30,206 bases of DNA, taken from NCBI GenBank assembly GCA_964247195.1, contig CAXTTP010000001.1, positions 1-30,206 on the forward strand. The letters run 5' to 3'. Shown piece by piece: positions 1 through 8,304 of the stretch. Position 1 is the stretch's first letter, and every line of letters starts with the position of its first letter. A model generated the notes under the pieces. The model was not told the DNA's origin. It worked only from the letters and a program-made list of their open reading frames with translations, and did no database searches. The position numbers were made by a program, and so were the translations under genes. Origin of the DNA: an uncultured Sphingomonadaceae bacterium. Its GTDB lineage: Bacteria > Pseudomonadota > Alphaproteobacteria > Sphingomonadales > Sphingomonadaceae.

Positions 1-546
1 GAAGAACACCGGGATGTTGTTGCCGACGATGTCCCAATTGCCCTCGCGGGTATAGAATTTCACCGAGAAGCCACGAACGTCCCGCGCGAGATCGGCTGAG
101 CCCTTGTTGCCGGAAACCGTGGAGAAACGAACGAATACCTCGGTCTGCTGCCCGACCGTGCCGAGCACGTCGGCCCGCGTGACGTCGCTTAGGGAATCGG
201 TCAGCTCGAACACGCCGTGCGCACCGTAACCACGGGCATGGACGACCCGCTCGGGGATGCGTTCGTGATCGAAGTGGAAGATCTTCTCGCGCAGCTGGAA
301 ATCCTCCAGCAGCGTCGGCCCGCGGACGCCGGCCTTCAGGCTGTTCTGCCCGTCGGATACCGGGATGCCCTGCTGGCTCGTCATCGTAAAGGCAGGATCG
401 GACGTGGTCTGGTGCGTCTCTCCGCCATTGCCCTGCGTCTCGGCATAGCTGGTCGGCATGTCTGCGCCCGCCGGCGTCGGCTGCACCTTCTCCGGGCTCT
501 CGCCCTTGATCTTGCCGACGTCACCCTTGGTTGTCTTGCGAGCCAT
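1..546 (-). CDS. katE: Catalase HPII (large-subunit heme catalase), 5' part; gene continues past the window edge
   Basis: Manual minus-strand translation from ATG at 546 (RBS GAGGA upstream) gives MARKTTKG...[36 protein letters not shown]...[44 protein letters not shown]. This contains the catalase distal-His (ERVVHARG) and Asn (VGNN) motifs. It is absent from the ORF track because no stop falls inside the window. Confidence 0.95.
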   Translation of the reverse strand, partial: MARKTTKGDVGKIKGESPEKVQPTPAGADMPTSYAETQGNGGETHQTTSDPAFTMTSQQGIPVSDGQNSLKAGVRGPTLLEDFQLREKIFHFDHERIPERVVHARGYGAHGVFELTDSLSDVTRADVLGTVGQQTEVFVRFSTVSGNKGSADLARDVRGFSVKFYTREGNWDIVGNNIPVFF

Positions 547-626
547 TCTTTTTCCTCATGTCCGATCGTCTTAAGATAGCTACCGCACGAGCTTTCGCGC
601 GCGGAGGTCCCACTCGATCCGGTATC

Positions 627-651
627 AACGAGCGAGAACGATATCCGTGCC
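627..651 (-). promoter_or_regulatory. Candidate EcfG-type promoter for katE (one mismatch)
   Basis: Minus strand GGCAC-N16-CGTT about 80 nt upstream of the katE ATG; consensus is GGAAC-N16/17-CGTT. Confidence 0.4.
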
Positions 652-656
652 GTCCC

Positions 657-1910
657 TCATCGATCCGGCTCGCGCGTCAGCCACGCCGCCGCCGCCGCCG
701 CTGCGATCAGCGCGGCTCCCGGCGCCGCGCGCCCGCGCTTGCGCAGCATGGCAAGACCGACCGTAGCGAGGCCCGAGGAGATCATCCCGACCTTCTTCAA
801 GCCAACCGTCCTGGCGAGATGGGAACTGACGCGAGCAGCGACGAAGTCGGCGGGAACGGACGGTCTGGCAGCGTCGGCCGCCGCGTCCTGGGGAACGTCT
901 TCGATGGTCGGGGCCGAAGCCGGCACTCCTGCTTTGTCGTGCGCCGGTTCGTCGGCGACGTGATCCGCGGACCAGGCGCCACGGCCGCCCAGCGGCTTCG
1001 CCACTCCAGCAGTCGTATCGGCGGTGGTCTGATGCTCCAGCTCGGAGTTCAGTTCCGCCGCGAAAAGCAGCACGTAGCTCGACAAATAGAGCCAAGTGAG
1101 CATCACCACGACCGCGCCCAGAGAGCCGTAGGTCGCGTTGTAGTTGCCGAACTTGGCGACATAGATGCCGAAGCCGAGCGTCAGCAGCAGCCAGCAGATC
1201 GCCGCGAACAGCGATCCCGGCGTGATCCACGTCCAGCGCGCCTTCTCCCGCGACGGACCGTAGCGGTAGAGCGTCGCCGCTGCGGCCGCGCCGCCGCAGC
1301 CGAGCAGCACGTACGACAGCAGCTTGCCGAGCACGACAACCACCCCGGGCGCGCCGGGAATCAGCTTTTCCAGATGGCCGAGCGCGGCGATCGCGATCAG
1401 GGCGACGATCGCCACCACCACCGCCGCGCCGGTGATCGCCAGCGCCAGCAGGTTGAGCGCGATGAAGCCGCGCTTCTCCTTCTCCTCATAAGCGACGTTG
1501 AGCGCGGTGATCACCGATCCGGCGCCGTTGCGCGCGCCGAACAGGGCGACGGCCAGCGCCAGGAGGACGCCGAGACCCTTCTTGCCGCCAGAGGTCTTGA
1601 CGACGTTCATGAGTTGCTCGCCGATCAGCTTGGCGGCATCGGCGGGCATGACAGAGGTAAGCCCCTTCATGTTGCGGACCACCGTCTCGGGATCCGCCAC
1701 GAGGCCGTAGCTCAGCACGATGGCGCCAAGCAGAGGGACGAGCGCGAGGAAGCCGTAGAAGGCGACGCCGGCGGCGATCAGGCCGACATTGTCGTCGCCG
1801 GCCTCCTTCCAGCTGCGCAGCAGCACCTGCTTCCAGCCCGCGAGAGGCATCGCCCATGGGCTGGCTGCATCGTGGCCGGTTGCATTCGCGCCGGATGGCT
1901 TTCCAGTCAC
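657..1910 (-). CDS. YihY/BrkB family inner-membrane protein with C-terminal extension
   Basis: 417 aa, several hydrophobic segments; motifs AAGVAFYGFLALVP, LYRYGP, PGSLFA, YNATYGSLGAVVVMLTWLYLS. The GTG start (RBS GGAGG) overlaps the TGA of the upstream kinase. Confidence 0.9.
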   Translation of the reverse strand: MTGKPSGANATGHDAASPWAMPLAGWKQVLLRSWKEAGDDNVGLIAAGVAFYGFLALVPLLGAIVLSYGLVADPETVVRNMKGLTSVMPADAAKLIGEQLMNVVKTSGGKKGLGVLLALAVALFGARNGAGSVITALNVAYEEKEKRGFIALNLLALAITGAAVVVAIVALIAIAALGHLEKLIPGAPGVVVVLGKLLSYVLLGCGGAAAAATLYRYGPSREKARWTWITPGSLFAAICWLLLTLGFGIYVAKFGNYNATYGSLGAVVVMLTWLYLSSYVLLFAAELNSELEHQTTADTTAGVAKPLGGRGAWSADHVADEPAHDKAGVPASAPTIEDVPQDAAADAARPSVPADFVAARVSSHLARTVGLKKVGMISSGLATVGLAMLRKRGRAAPGAALIAAAAAAAWLTREPDR

Positions 1911-2875
1911 ATGGTCCTCCTCATCGTCTGTTTGCGAGCCGGAGGGATCAAAAGCGCCTCCAGTTCGACCACTTCGGCAAACGCATCATCGCTCGCTCCG
2001 TGACGGAGCTTTTCGAACAATTGATCGATCCGGTAGCGGATGAAGTGGTTGCGGGCGCGCCGGAGCAGGCCTGGATCGCCGTGGCCCAAGCGATACAGTT
2101 CCACCAGCCGGGACGCGACTTCCTCGCCGTAGCTCCAGAAACCCAGAAAGTCCTGTGCCGGGTCGCCCAGGGCGACATCGCCGAAGTCGATGATGCCGGC
2201 GAGACGATCCGTCTCTCGGTTGAGCAGGATGTGATCCGGAACCAGATCGCCGTGGACGATCACCAGATAATCCGGCCGATCATGCCGGTACTGGTCGTAG
2301 AAAGTCTCGATCGGTGCTGCGAGCCGCGGCACGTGCCTGGCGATCAGCGGCAGGCGTTCGGCCAGGCCGCGGTCGACAAACTCGGCGGCTGTCCACGCCT
2401 TCGGCCAGTTCCCCGGCCAGCGCATCGCCTCGACCGGAATGCTATGCAGCTCGGACAGGAAAAGAGCCATCTCGACGAGCACGCGATCGCCAACCCCATT
2501 CGGAAGCGCGGCGAACACGGAGGGCATCAGCTCGACCCCTTCAATGAAGGGATAGCCTGCGAACCGGCCCGCCGGATCGACATAGACATAGGAAGGCGTG
2601 GGCATGGAGGATCGACGCTGCAGGTGCTTGAGCACCTCGATCTCGAGCTTGAGGTCATGCATGCCCGATCGCGGGAAGCGAAATGCGTAGCGATCATCGA
2701 TGATGAGCAGGTCATGGTCGCCGCCGGTGCTTTCGACCCTGCTCCTGCCGACCGGAAGTGCGGGGAACGTGGCCGTTACGCAAGCGAGGAGGCGATTGGC
2801 AAAATTCCGCTCGGATCCGGCACGGGTTACTGCGGCCTCGGCCGCATCGACCGCGGATGTCGAACCTAGAAGCAT
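1907..2875 (-). CDS. Aminoglycoside phosphotransferase (APH/ChoK superfamily) kinase, APH(2'')-like
   Basis: YAFRFP (ATP-binding Lys/Arg strand), HGDLVPDHIL (Brenner motif), IIDFGD and GDPAQD. Start chosen at ATG 2875 (RBS AAGGA) because the longer ORF overlaps the upstream gene. Confidence 0.85.
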   Translation of the reverse strand: MLLGSTSAVDAAEAAVTRAGSERNFANRLLACVTATFPALPVGRSRVESTGGDHDLLIIDDRYAFRFPRSGMHDLKLEIEVLKHLQRRSSMPTPSYVYVDPAGRFAGYPFIEGVELMPSVFAALPNGVGDRVLVEMALFLSELHSIPVEAMRWPGNWPKAWTAAEFVDRGLAERLPLIARHVPRLAAPIETFYDQYRHDRPDYLVIVHGDLVPDHILLNRETDRLAGIIDFGDVALGDPAQDFLGFWSYGEEVASRLVELYRLGHGDPGLLRRARNHFIRYRIDQLFEKLRHGASDDAFAEVVELEALLIPPARKQTMRRTM

Positions 2876-2972
2876 CGGGCGCTGTCCTTGCTGACAAAGC
2901 CGCTGAAGGCCGGCGGAGTGGCGGGCTGGGTCGAGGGTGACGTGCAGGCGATGCCCGCACGTCACCCCGACA

Positions 2973-3803
2973 TCAGCGGCGGTAGGTGGGGTCGGTCGTC
3001 GTACCGTCGTTCTCGTCGATCTCGACATCGGTGCGGCGCACCGTGTCGTTGATCTCCTCGACGCGCTCGCCGGCAGTCTTGGAAACGACCACTTCCTCGA
3101 CGACGCGCGCGGTCTTGCCGATCACCGCCTCTTCGCCGGTCGCGGTCACGTCGATCGTGCGCTCGCGAAACGCATCGTCGGCATCGGTGAGCGGCCGGTC
3201 GACAGCGCGGCGTTGCACGTTGATCTTCTCGTCGCGCAGGCGGACCTGCTCGTGGACGGGGATCTCGGTGACGTAGGAGCGGACGCGGGCACCGCCGCGA
3301 TCGACCTCGCGCTTGCCGACAACGAGCTGCTCCTCGACGATCGGGATGCTCTGCTCGCCTTCGATGTCGGTGCTGGCAACCGTCTTGTCCATGCCGAAAG
3401 CGGAGGCGCCAACGCCCGCTCCCATCGCTGCTTCGGGAGCATAGTCCCAACCCGAGGAGCGCCACTCTTGCGCACGATCGTCGATATTGACGCTGTCCGC
3501 CTCCTCGAGCACGCGCACGGCCTGATCGACATGCTCTTCGCCCACGTCGGCGGTCAGCAGGAAGCCGCCGCGACGGACGCCTTCCTCATAGGTGTGGCGA
3601 TCCTCGTCGGGGAGGAAAGCGTTCTTGATCGACGCCCACATGCCCGGCTCCTGCGTGGTCGAGCCACCGGTCGCATGGAAGCCGGGGCTGGTCTTGTCGT
3701 GGATGCTGATGTGGCCGGCATCGACGTTGGACGCCTTCAGCCGGTTCTCGGCCGCTTCGGCGTCGGCGCGCTTGTCGAACAGGGCGGTGATCGTTCGGGT
3801 CAT
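2973..3803 (-). CDS. YsnF/AvaK (DUF2382) stress protein with N-terminal YflT/general stress protein 17M-like region
   Basis: MTRTITALFDKRADAEAA... YEEGVRRGGFLL; IPIVEEQLVVGKREV...VRVRSYV...EEAVIGKTARVVEEVVVSK...DTVRRTDVEI; strong RBS GAGGAG. Confidence 0.88.
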   Translation of the reverse strand: MTRTITALFDKRADAEAAENRLKASNVDAGHISIHDKTSPGFHATGGSTTQEPGMWASIKNAFLPDEDRHTYEEGVRRGGFLLTADVGEEHVDQAVRVLEEADSVNIDDRAQEWRSSGWDYAPEAAMGAGVGASAFGMDKTVASTDIEGEQSIPIVEEQLVVGKREVDRGGARVRSYVTEIPVHEQVRLRDEKINVQRRAVDRPLTDADDAFRERTIDVTATGEEAVIGKTARVVEEVVVSKTAGERVEEINDTVRRTDVEIDENDGTTTDPTYRR

Positions 3804-3833
3804 CGGTCTTCTCCTCGGGGGGACTGTGAGAGG

Positions 3834-4475
3834 CTATTTGCTCGTGACGACGAGTTCGGTGCGGCGGTTCTGGAACTGCCCGCCGGCGGTCGCATTGGTC
3901 GCGACCGGATTGCTGTCGCCGCCACTGGCGGTGGTGATGCGCTTGGCATCGATACCGGCGTCGCTCAGCGCCTTGGCCACCGATGCTGCACGATCGGCGC
4001 CGAGCTTGACGTTAGCCGCATCGGTGCCGCGCGCATCTGCATAGCCGACGAGGCGGACCACCGCGTTAGGATAGGCCGCAAGAATCTGCGACAGCGCGCT
4101 AAGCGTCGGCTGATCGTCGCTTCGTATGTCCGACTTCGCGGTGTCGAAATTGAGCTGGTCGAAGGTGAAGGTCCGCGGCGCCGGCGCGGTCGACGCCAGG
4201 AACGCCTGCAGGTCGTAGTTCAACGTTGCGGGCTGAAGGTCGACGACCTTGCCGCCAGGAAGCGTCACATGCTGGATGCCGACCGGCGGAGTGGCCGGCG
4301 CTGCGACCGGGGCCGGCGCAACGGCAACGGCTTCGCGGCGGTTGCAACGGCTGAGCGCGAGCAACGCGGCGAGGATGCCGAGACCCAGCAGGATCCAGGC
4401 GAGCCAATTGGTCTTCTTCTTCTCGATGTGCACCTGGCGCGGCGGTGCGCCCTGCGTGTTGTTCGGATCAGCCAT
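3834..4475 (-). CDS. OmpA-like peptidoglycan-binding domain protein with N-terminal membrane anchor
   Basis: Start MADPNN (4475); hydrophobic stretch WLAWILLGLGILAALLAL; LNFDTAKSDI, GYADARG..AANVKLGADRA..V, NRRTELVV are OmpA_C motifs. Confidence 0.9.
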   Translation of the reverse strand: MADPNNTQGAPPRQVHIEKKKTNWLAWILLGLGILAALLALSRCNRREAVAVAPAPVAAPATPPVGIQHVTLPGGKVVDLQPATLNYDLQAFLASTAPAPRTFTFDQLNFDTAKSDIRSDDQPTLSALSQILAAYPNAVVRLVGYADARGTDAANVKLGADRAASVAKALSDAGIDAKRITTASGGDSNPVATNATAGGQFQNRRTELVVTSK

Positions 4476-4911
4476 CGGTATCTCTCGCTGTTGCTTCGGA
4501 AGCGGGTGCATGCTCGACCGTTGCCCGCATCGTCCGGATCGTCTCCGGGATCGCGACGCGCTCGACGGTGCTGCTGCGAATGATGTGGAGTTCTTCGACG
4601 ACGAACAGGCGCTTCTCGACGACGAGCCGCTCCTCGACGATCGACACGATCAAAACATCGCCTTCCTGGCGGGGCTCGGGAGCCTCGGCGACAGCGCGGT
4701 CGACGGCGATGCGCTCGACGCGCAAGTTGCCGCGTTCGACCACATCCTCGATCAGGACGGGTCGCTCCTCGACGGTGGTCGACACCCGAAGCCGGTCCGT
4801 GACCACCTCCGTCTTGCCGACGCTCAATTGCTCTTCGAAGAGCGGAATCATCCGCTCGTTGCTATCGCTGACCATCGAGAAAGCTCTGCCGATCTGTATC
4901 GGCGAGACCAC
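4468..4911 (-). CDS. YsnF/AvaK (DUF2382) domain protein
   Basis: IPLFEEQLSVGKTEV..DRLRVST, IVSIVEERLVVEKRLFVVEELHI. Start is GTG 4911 (RBS GAGGA) or ATG 4875; the stop overlaps the OmpA start. Confidence 0.85.
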   Translation of the reverse strand: MVSPIQIGRAFSMVSDSNERMIPLFEEQLSVGKTEVVTDRLRVSTTVEERPVLIEDVVERGNLRVERIAVDRAVAEAPEPRQEGDVLIVSIVEERLVVEKRLFVVEELHIIRSSTVERVAIPETIRTMRATVEHAPASEATARDTDG

Positions 4912-4997
4912 CGGGCGTGGCTTCCTCGCAAGTTCGGCTCAAGGCCTGACGCCGCCCGTGCGGCACTCAACGGGATCACCGTGTCGAGCGAGGCCTT

Positions 4998-5022
4998 AAC
5001 GTAGTGACGCCGGGCATGTTCC
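4998..5022 (-). promoter_or_regulatory. EcfG (PhyR-NepR-EcfG general stress response) promoter
   Basis: Minus strand GGAAC-atgcccggcgtcacta(16 nt)-CGTT(AA): an exact consensus match in the intergenic region heading a run of typical stress genes. Confidence 0.75.
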
Positions 5023-5064
5023 GCACTTAGTCAAGACGCTTGCGCTTACTACGCAAGCAGGTAA

Positions 5065-5088
5065 ACACTGAACCAGATGGTTCAGTGT
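5065..5088. promoter_or_regulatory. Perfect inverted repeat, likely ArsR autoregulatory operator
   Basis: ACACTGAACC-AGAT-GGTTCAGTGT: 10-bp arms, 4-nt spacer, overlapping the ArsR ATG at 5077. Confidence 0.7.
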
Positions 5089-5433
5089 GCAATGGCTCCC
5101 CTCGATCTCTCGTTTGCGGCGCTGTCCGATGAGACCCGCCGCGGGATCATCGATCAGCTTGGGCAAGCGGACGCGTCGATCACCGGTCTTGCGGACAGGT
5201 TCCAGATGACGCTGACCGGCATGAAGAAGCACGTCCAGGTTCTCGAGCGGGCGGGGCTCGTCGTCACGCAGAAGGTCGGACGGGTGCGAACCTGCAAGCT
5301 TGGAAAACGCGGCCTCAAGGCGGAGGCCGAGTGGATCGAGGCGCATCGCAAGCTCTTCGAGGCGCGCTTCGAAGCACTGGACGAAATCATCAGCGAAATG
5401 AAGCAGGAGGGAAGCGATGAATCAGCAAGTTGA
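5077..5433 (+). CDS. ArsR/SmtB family winged-HTH transcriptional regulator
   Basis: FAALSDETRRGII..L, LADRFQMTLTGMKKHVQVLERAGLV..QKVGRVR; overlaps the downstream SRPBCC gene. Confidence 0.9.
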   Translation: MVQCAMAPLDLSFAALSDETRRGIIDQLGQADASITGLADRFQMTLTGMKKHVQVLERAGLVVTQKVGRVRTCKLGKRGLKAEAEWIEAHRKLFEARFEALDEIISEMKQEGSDESAS

Positions 5434-5920
5434 GAGTGCAGGTGGTGCGCAGAACCGCACGTCGGTCCAGCGCCGCGGGGATCGCGAACTCGTCGTAATG
5501 CGGACATTCGATGCACCGCCGAGCACGGTTTACAGGGCGTGGAGTCAGCCCGAGCTGTTCCAGCGCTGGTGGATGCCGAAATCGGTATCCGGGGTTTCGC
5601 TCGTTTCGTGCGATCTGGACGTCCGTACCGGCGGCAAATATCGGCTGGAATTCAGCGCCGGCGGTTCGGACACCATGGCCTTCTACGGCAAGTATCTCGA
5701 GGTAGTGCCGAACGAGCGCATCGTCTGGACCAACGACGAGGGCGAAGAGGGCGCGATAACGACCGTGACCTTCGAGGACCAAGGCGGGAAGACGCTACTG
5801 ACTTTCCATGAAGTCTATCCGTCCAAGGAAGCGCTTGAGGAAGCACTGCAGGGCTCGGCGGCCGGATTGCCGGAGCAGCTGGAGCAGCTTGACGAACTGC
5901 TTTCCAGGACAGGCGAGTAG
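5417..5920 (+). CDS. SRPBCC/AHSA1-like ligand-binding domain protein
   Basis: ELVVMRTFDAPPSTVYRAWSQPELFQRWW, DVRTGGKYRL, GKYLEVVPNERIVWT, VTFEDQGGKTLLT; canonical ArsR-SRPBCC pairing. Confidence 0.9.
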   Translation: MNQQVESAGGAQNRTSVQRRGDRELVVMRTFDAPPSTVYRAWSQPELFQRWWMPKSVSGVSLVSCDLDVRTGGKYRLEFSAGGSDTMAFYGKYLEVVPNERIVWTNDEGEEGAITTVTFEDQGGKTLLTFHEVYPSKEALEEALQGSAAGLPEQLEQLDELLSRTGE

Positions 5921-6038
5921 CGCGGGTCGGAAAACTCGCCTCTGGGGTACGCCTGGTGGCAGCGGCATATCCCGCTTGAGCCGATGATCCGTTCCTTGAA
6001 TCGTGGCATGCCCTGTCGGCGCTGCTATAAGCGATGGC

Positions 6039-7118
6039 ATGAGCATGGATCCGGTAGCGGCAGCTGGAGACCTCGCGAGCGGTGCGCTGCTGGCTCGCGC
6101 CGTGGAACCCGGCGCTGGCGAGGCGGCGGGCGCACATGACACAGGCTCGTGCCTGAACTGCGGCGCCTCCCTATCGACCCGCTATTGCGGAGAGTGCGGG
6201 CAGAGCGCGCACGTCCATACGACGCTGACCTCGCTCGGCCACGACCTCGTCCATGGCATGTTCCACTTCGAGGGGAAGATATGGCGGACGGCGCCGACCT
6301 TGTTCCTCCGACCGGGCGAGCTCACCCGCCGCTACATCGGCGGCGAGCGAGCCAACTTCGTGTCGCCGCTGGCTTTGTTCCTGTTCGCCGCCTTCCTGAT
6401 GTTCGCGGTGTTCGAAAGCGTCGGCGGCCCGTTTCACCCGCACGCGGTCGTGGTGCACAACGGGCGAAAGCTCTCGCCGGCCGATGTCTCGCGCTTCCTG
6501 GCGGAAGCCCGGTCGCGGGAAGCGATGCTGAGGCGGCAGCTCGCCGCTCTCCCGCGCGGCGACGTCCGACATGCCCGAGAACTTCGCGGAGCGATCGACG
6601 ACGCGAGGGGGGAGGGGAGCGCCCTCGAGTTCGCCGACCGGCTCAACAGCGAACATGTCAATACAAGCGGCCTTGCCAAATATCCGCCCCTCACCGGCTG
6701 GGCCGCGCTGGATCTCCGGATCAAGGAGGCCACAGCAGACCCGGCACTGCTGCTCGTCAAGCTCCAGGCGAACGCCCATAAGTTCACCTGGGTGCTGATA
6801 CCGCTCTCGGTGCCATTCCTGTGGCTCGCCTTCGCGACCCGGCGCGAGTACCGGCTGTACGACCACACGGTGTTCATCATCTACGCGCTGTCGGCGGTGA
6901 TGCTGCTGATCGCGGCGATGGCGCTTCTGTCCGCGACCGGCATTTCGATGGAGTGGGCGGTATTCCTGATCCCCGTTCATCAATATCTGCAGCTGCGCGG
7001 CGCCTATCGACTGTCGAGATGGGGTGCTGCCTGGCGGACGCTGTGGCTCGTGGTTTCCGCGAACCTGGTCCTGACGATCTTCGCGTTGATGCTCCTGGCG
7101 TCCGGTCTGATAGGCTAA
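6039..7118 (+). CDS. DUF3667 domain membrane protein (N-terminal CxxC...CxxC zinc ribbon)
   Basis: CLNCG...YCGECGQ, FHFEGKIWRT..LFLRPGELTRRYIGG.RANFVSPL.LFLF, followed by several TM segments; start taken at ATG 6039. Confidence 0.82.
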   Translation: MSMDPVAAAGDLASGALLARAVEPGAGEAAGAHDTGSCLNCGASLSTRYCGECGQSAHVHTTLTSLGHDLVHGMFHFEGKIWRTAPTLFLRPGELTRRYIGGERANFVSPLALFLFAAFLMFAVFESVGGPFHPHAVVVHNGRKLSPADVSRFLAEARSREAMLRRQLAALPRGDVRHARELRGAIDDARGEGSALEFADRLNSEHVNTSGLAKYPPLTGWAALDLRIKEATADPALLLVKLQANAHKFTWVLIPLSVPFLWLAFATRREYRLYDHTVFIIYALSAVMLLIAAMALLSATGISMEWAVFLIPVHQYLQLRGAYRLSRWGAAWRTLWLVVSANLVLTIFALMLLASGLIG

Positions 7119-7168
7119 ACGGCCCCGGTAGCGCGACCGTCGGGAGGGACCTCAATGGAAAGCCCATT

Positions 7169-7981
7169 TCAGCGGAAGTTCGAGGATGATGCTCGACGCT
7201 CGAGCTCTTCGGCATAGAGGCGGAGCGGAAGGGGGCCCCCCGCGTCTTCCATCCACTCGTCGTAAGCAGCGCCGGCCAGCTTGGATGACGCGGCACCGAA
7301 GAGCATGTCGAAGTGCTCCGCAGAACAAACGTTGCCTCCATGCATTATATAGAGGTAGCTTTCCGGAGCGGAGAGCGCCGCCACCCTATGGTTGGCGACA
7401 ATCATTTTTGCGATCTCGGTATCCTCGCCCATCTGTTGTGCGGGATAGATCGGCAGGACGCTCCGGTGAACGAGCATCGTGTTTTCCCAAATGCGCTGCG
7501 AGGAAGTGGCCGCCACGCGCCGCCCGGGCCACCAGAGCGTGACCATGTCCAGGAAGCAGGCCTTGGCCGCGGTACCGCCGAGGGTCGCCAACATGAGCTC
7601 GATACGATCGGCACTTGCGAGATCGTCGTCGTCCCACTGGCACACCAGGTCGCCCTGGGAACGCGCCACCGCGACGTTGCGAAGCTCGCCGAGGGATGCG
7701 GGCGCCGCGGGAACGTATCGGATGGTCGGATCGTCAAGTTCATCTATCAGGCTCCGGATCTCGCATCGCTCGGCCGCCGACACGATCACGAGTTCCCGGG
7801 GCTGGTACGTCTGGGTGCGATAGCTTTCGATCGCCAACGCCGCCGGGAAGCGGCGCCCTCGCGACACCATGAGGCAAGAGACGAGCGGCCCGGACACACG
7901 CAGGTCGGGGGTAGCGTTGAACGTGCCGGCGACGGCTTCCTTGCCGGGATCACTGAACAGGACCGGGAAGGTGCGGTTCAT
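7169..7981 (-). CDS. Glycosyltransferase family 2 (GT-A fold)
   Basis: PLVSCLMVSRGR, AIESYRTQTYQPRELVIV, LGELRNVAV, GDLVCQWDDDDL (DxD), GEDT. Confidence 0.85.
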   Translation of the reverse strand: MNRTFPVLFSDPGKEAVAGTFNATPDLRVSGPLVSCLMVSRGRRFPAALAIESYRTQTYQPRELVIVSAAERCEIRSLIDELDDPTIRYVPAAPASLGELRNVAVARSQGDLVCQWDDDDLASADRIELMLATLGGTAAKACFLDMVTLWWPGRRVAATSSQRIWENTMLVHRSVLPIYPAQQMGEDTEIAKMIVANHRVAALSAPESYLYIMHGGNVCSAEHFDMLFGAASSKLAGAAYDEWMEDAGGPLPLRLYAEELERRASSSNFR

Positions 7982-8151
7982 GCCGACGGCGCCTCACGCC
8001 GCATAAGCCCTGCAAAATATTCGTCGCCGCGTGTGATCATCAGACAGGAAACCAGCGGCCGCGGTGCCACGCTACGAAGCGCGCATCGAAAGCTGCTCTC
8101 CTGAGGCGGAACCCCGGGCACAAGCCGAACGGTTCGCACAACGTCATCCAT
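7978..8151 (-). pseudogene. 57-aa internally deleted paralog of the downstream GT2 gene
   Basis: Colinear with the GT2 N-terminus (P12-G13, F21, P32-LVSCLM..RG in the same register); its tail resembles the GT2 C-terminus; its TGA overlaps the GT2 ATG. Confidence 0.65.
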
Positions 8152-8304
8152 GGCCGACCTTATCGCCGATCGCAGGCTCCGCAACAGCATCGATCCGGAG
8201 TACTGGCGCGGAGGCTCCGAAAGCCTGTCCGATCACTTCGCCGCGCGAGTTCCGAGGAGAGGTGAGCGCTGGCACCTTTGCGCAGCGCGCGTCGTTGCGC
8301 TCCC

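Noticed and set aside
684-702. (GCC)n tract as a phase-variable repeat
   Set aside because: Only about five trinucleotide units encoding poly-Ala; slippage would stay in frame, and such tracts are common at this GC content.
8100-8304. ydaO (c-di-AMP) riboswitch upstream of the KimA/YdaO-like gene
   Set aside because: The conserved ydaO elements (GCTGAATCC..., GGGGTGAATCC) were not seen, and half of the region codes for the GT2 mini-paralog on the other strand.
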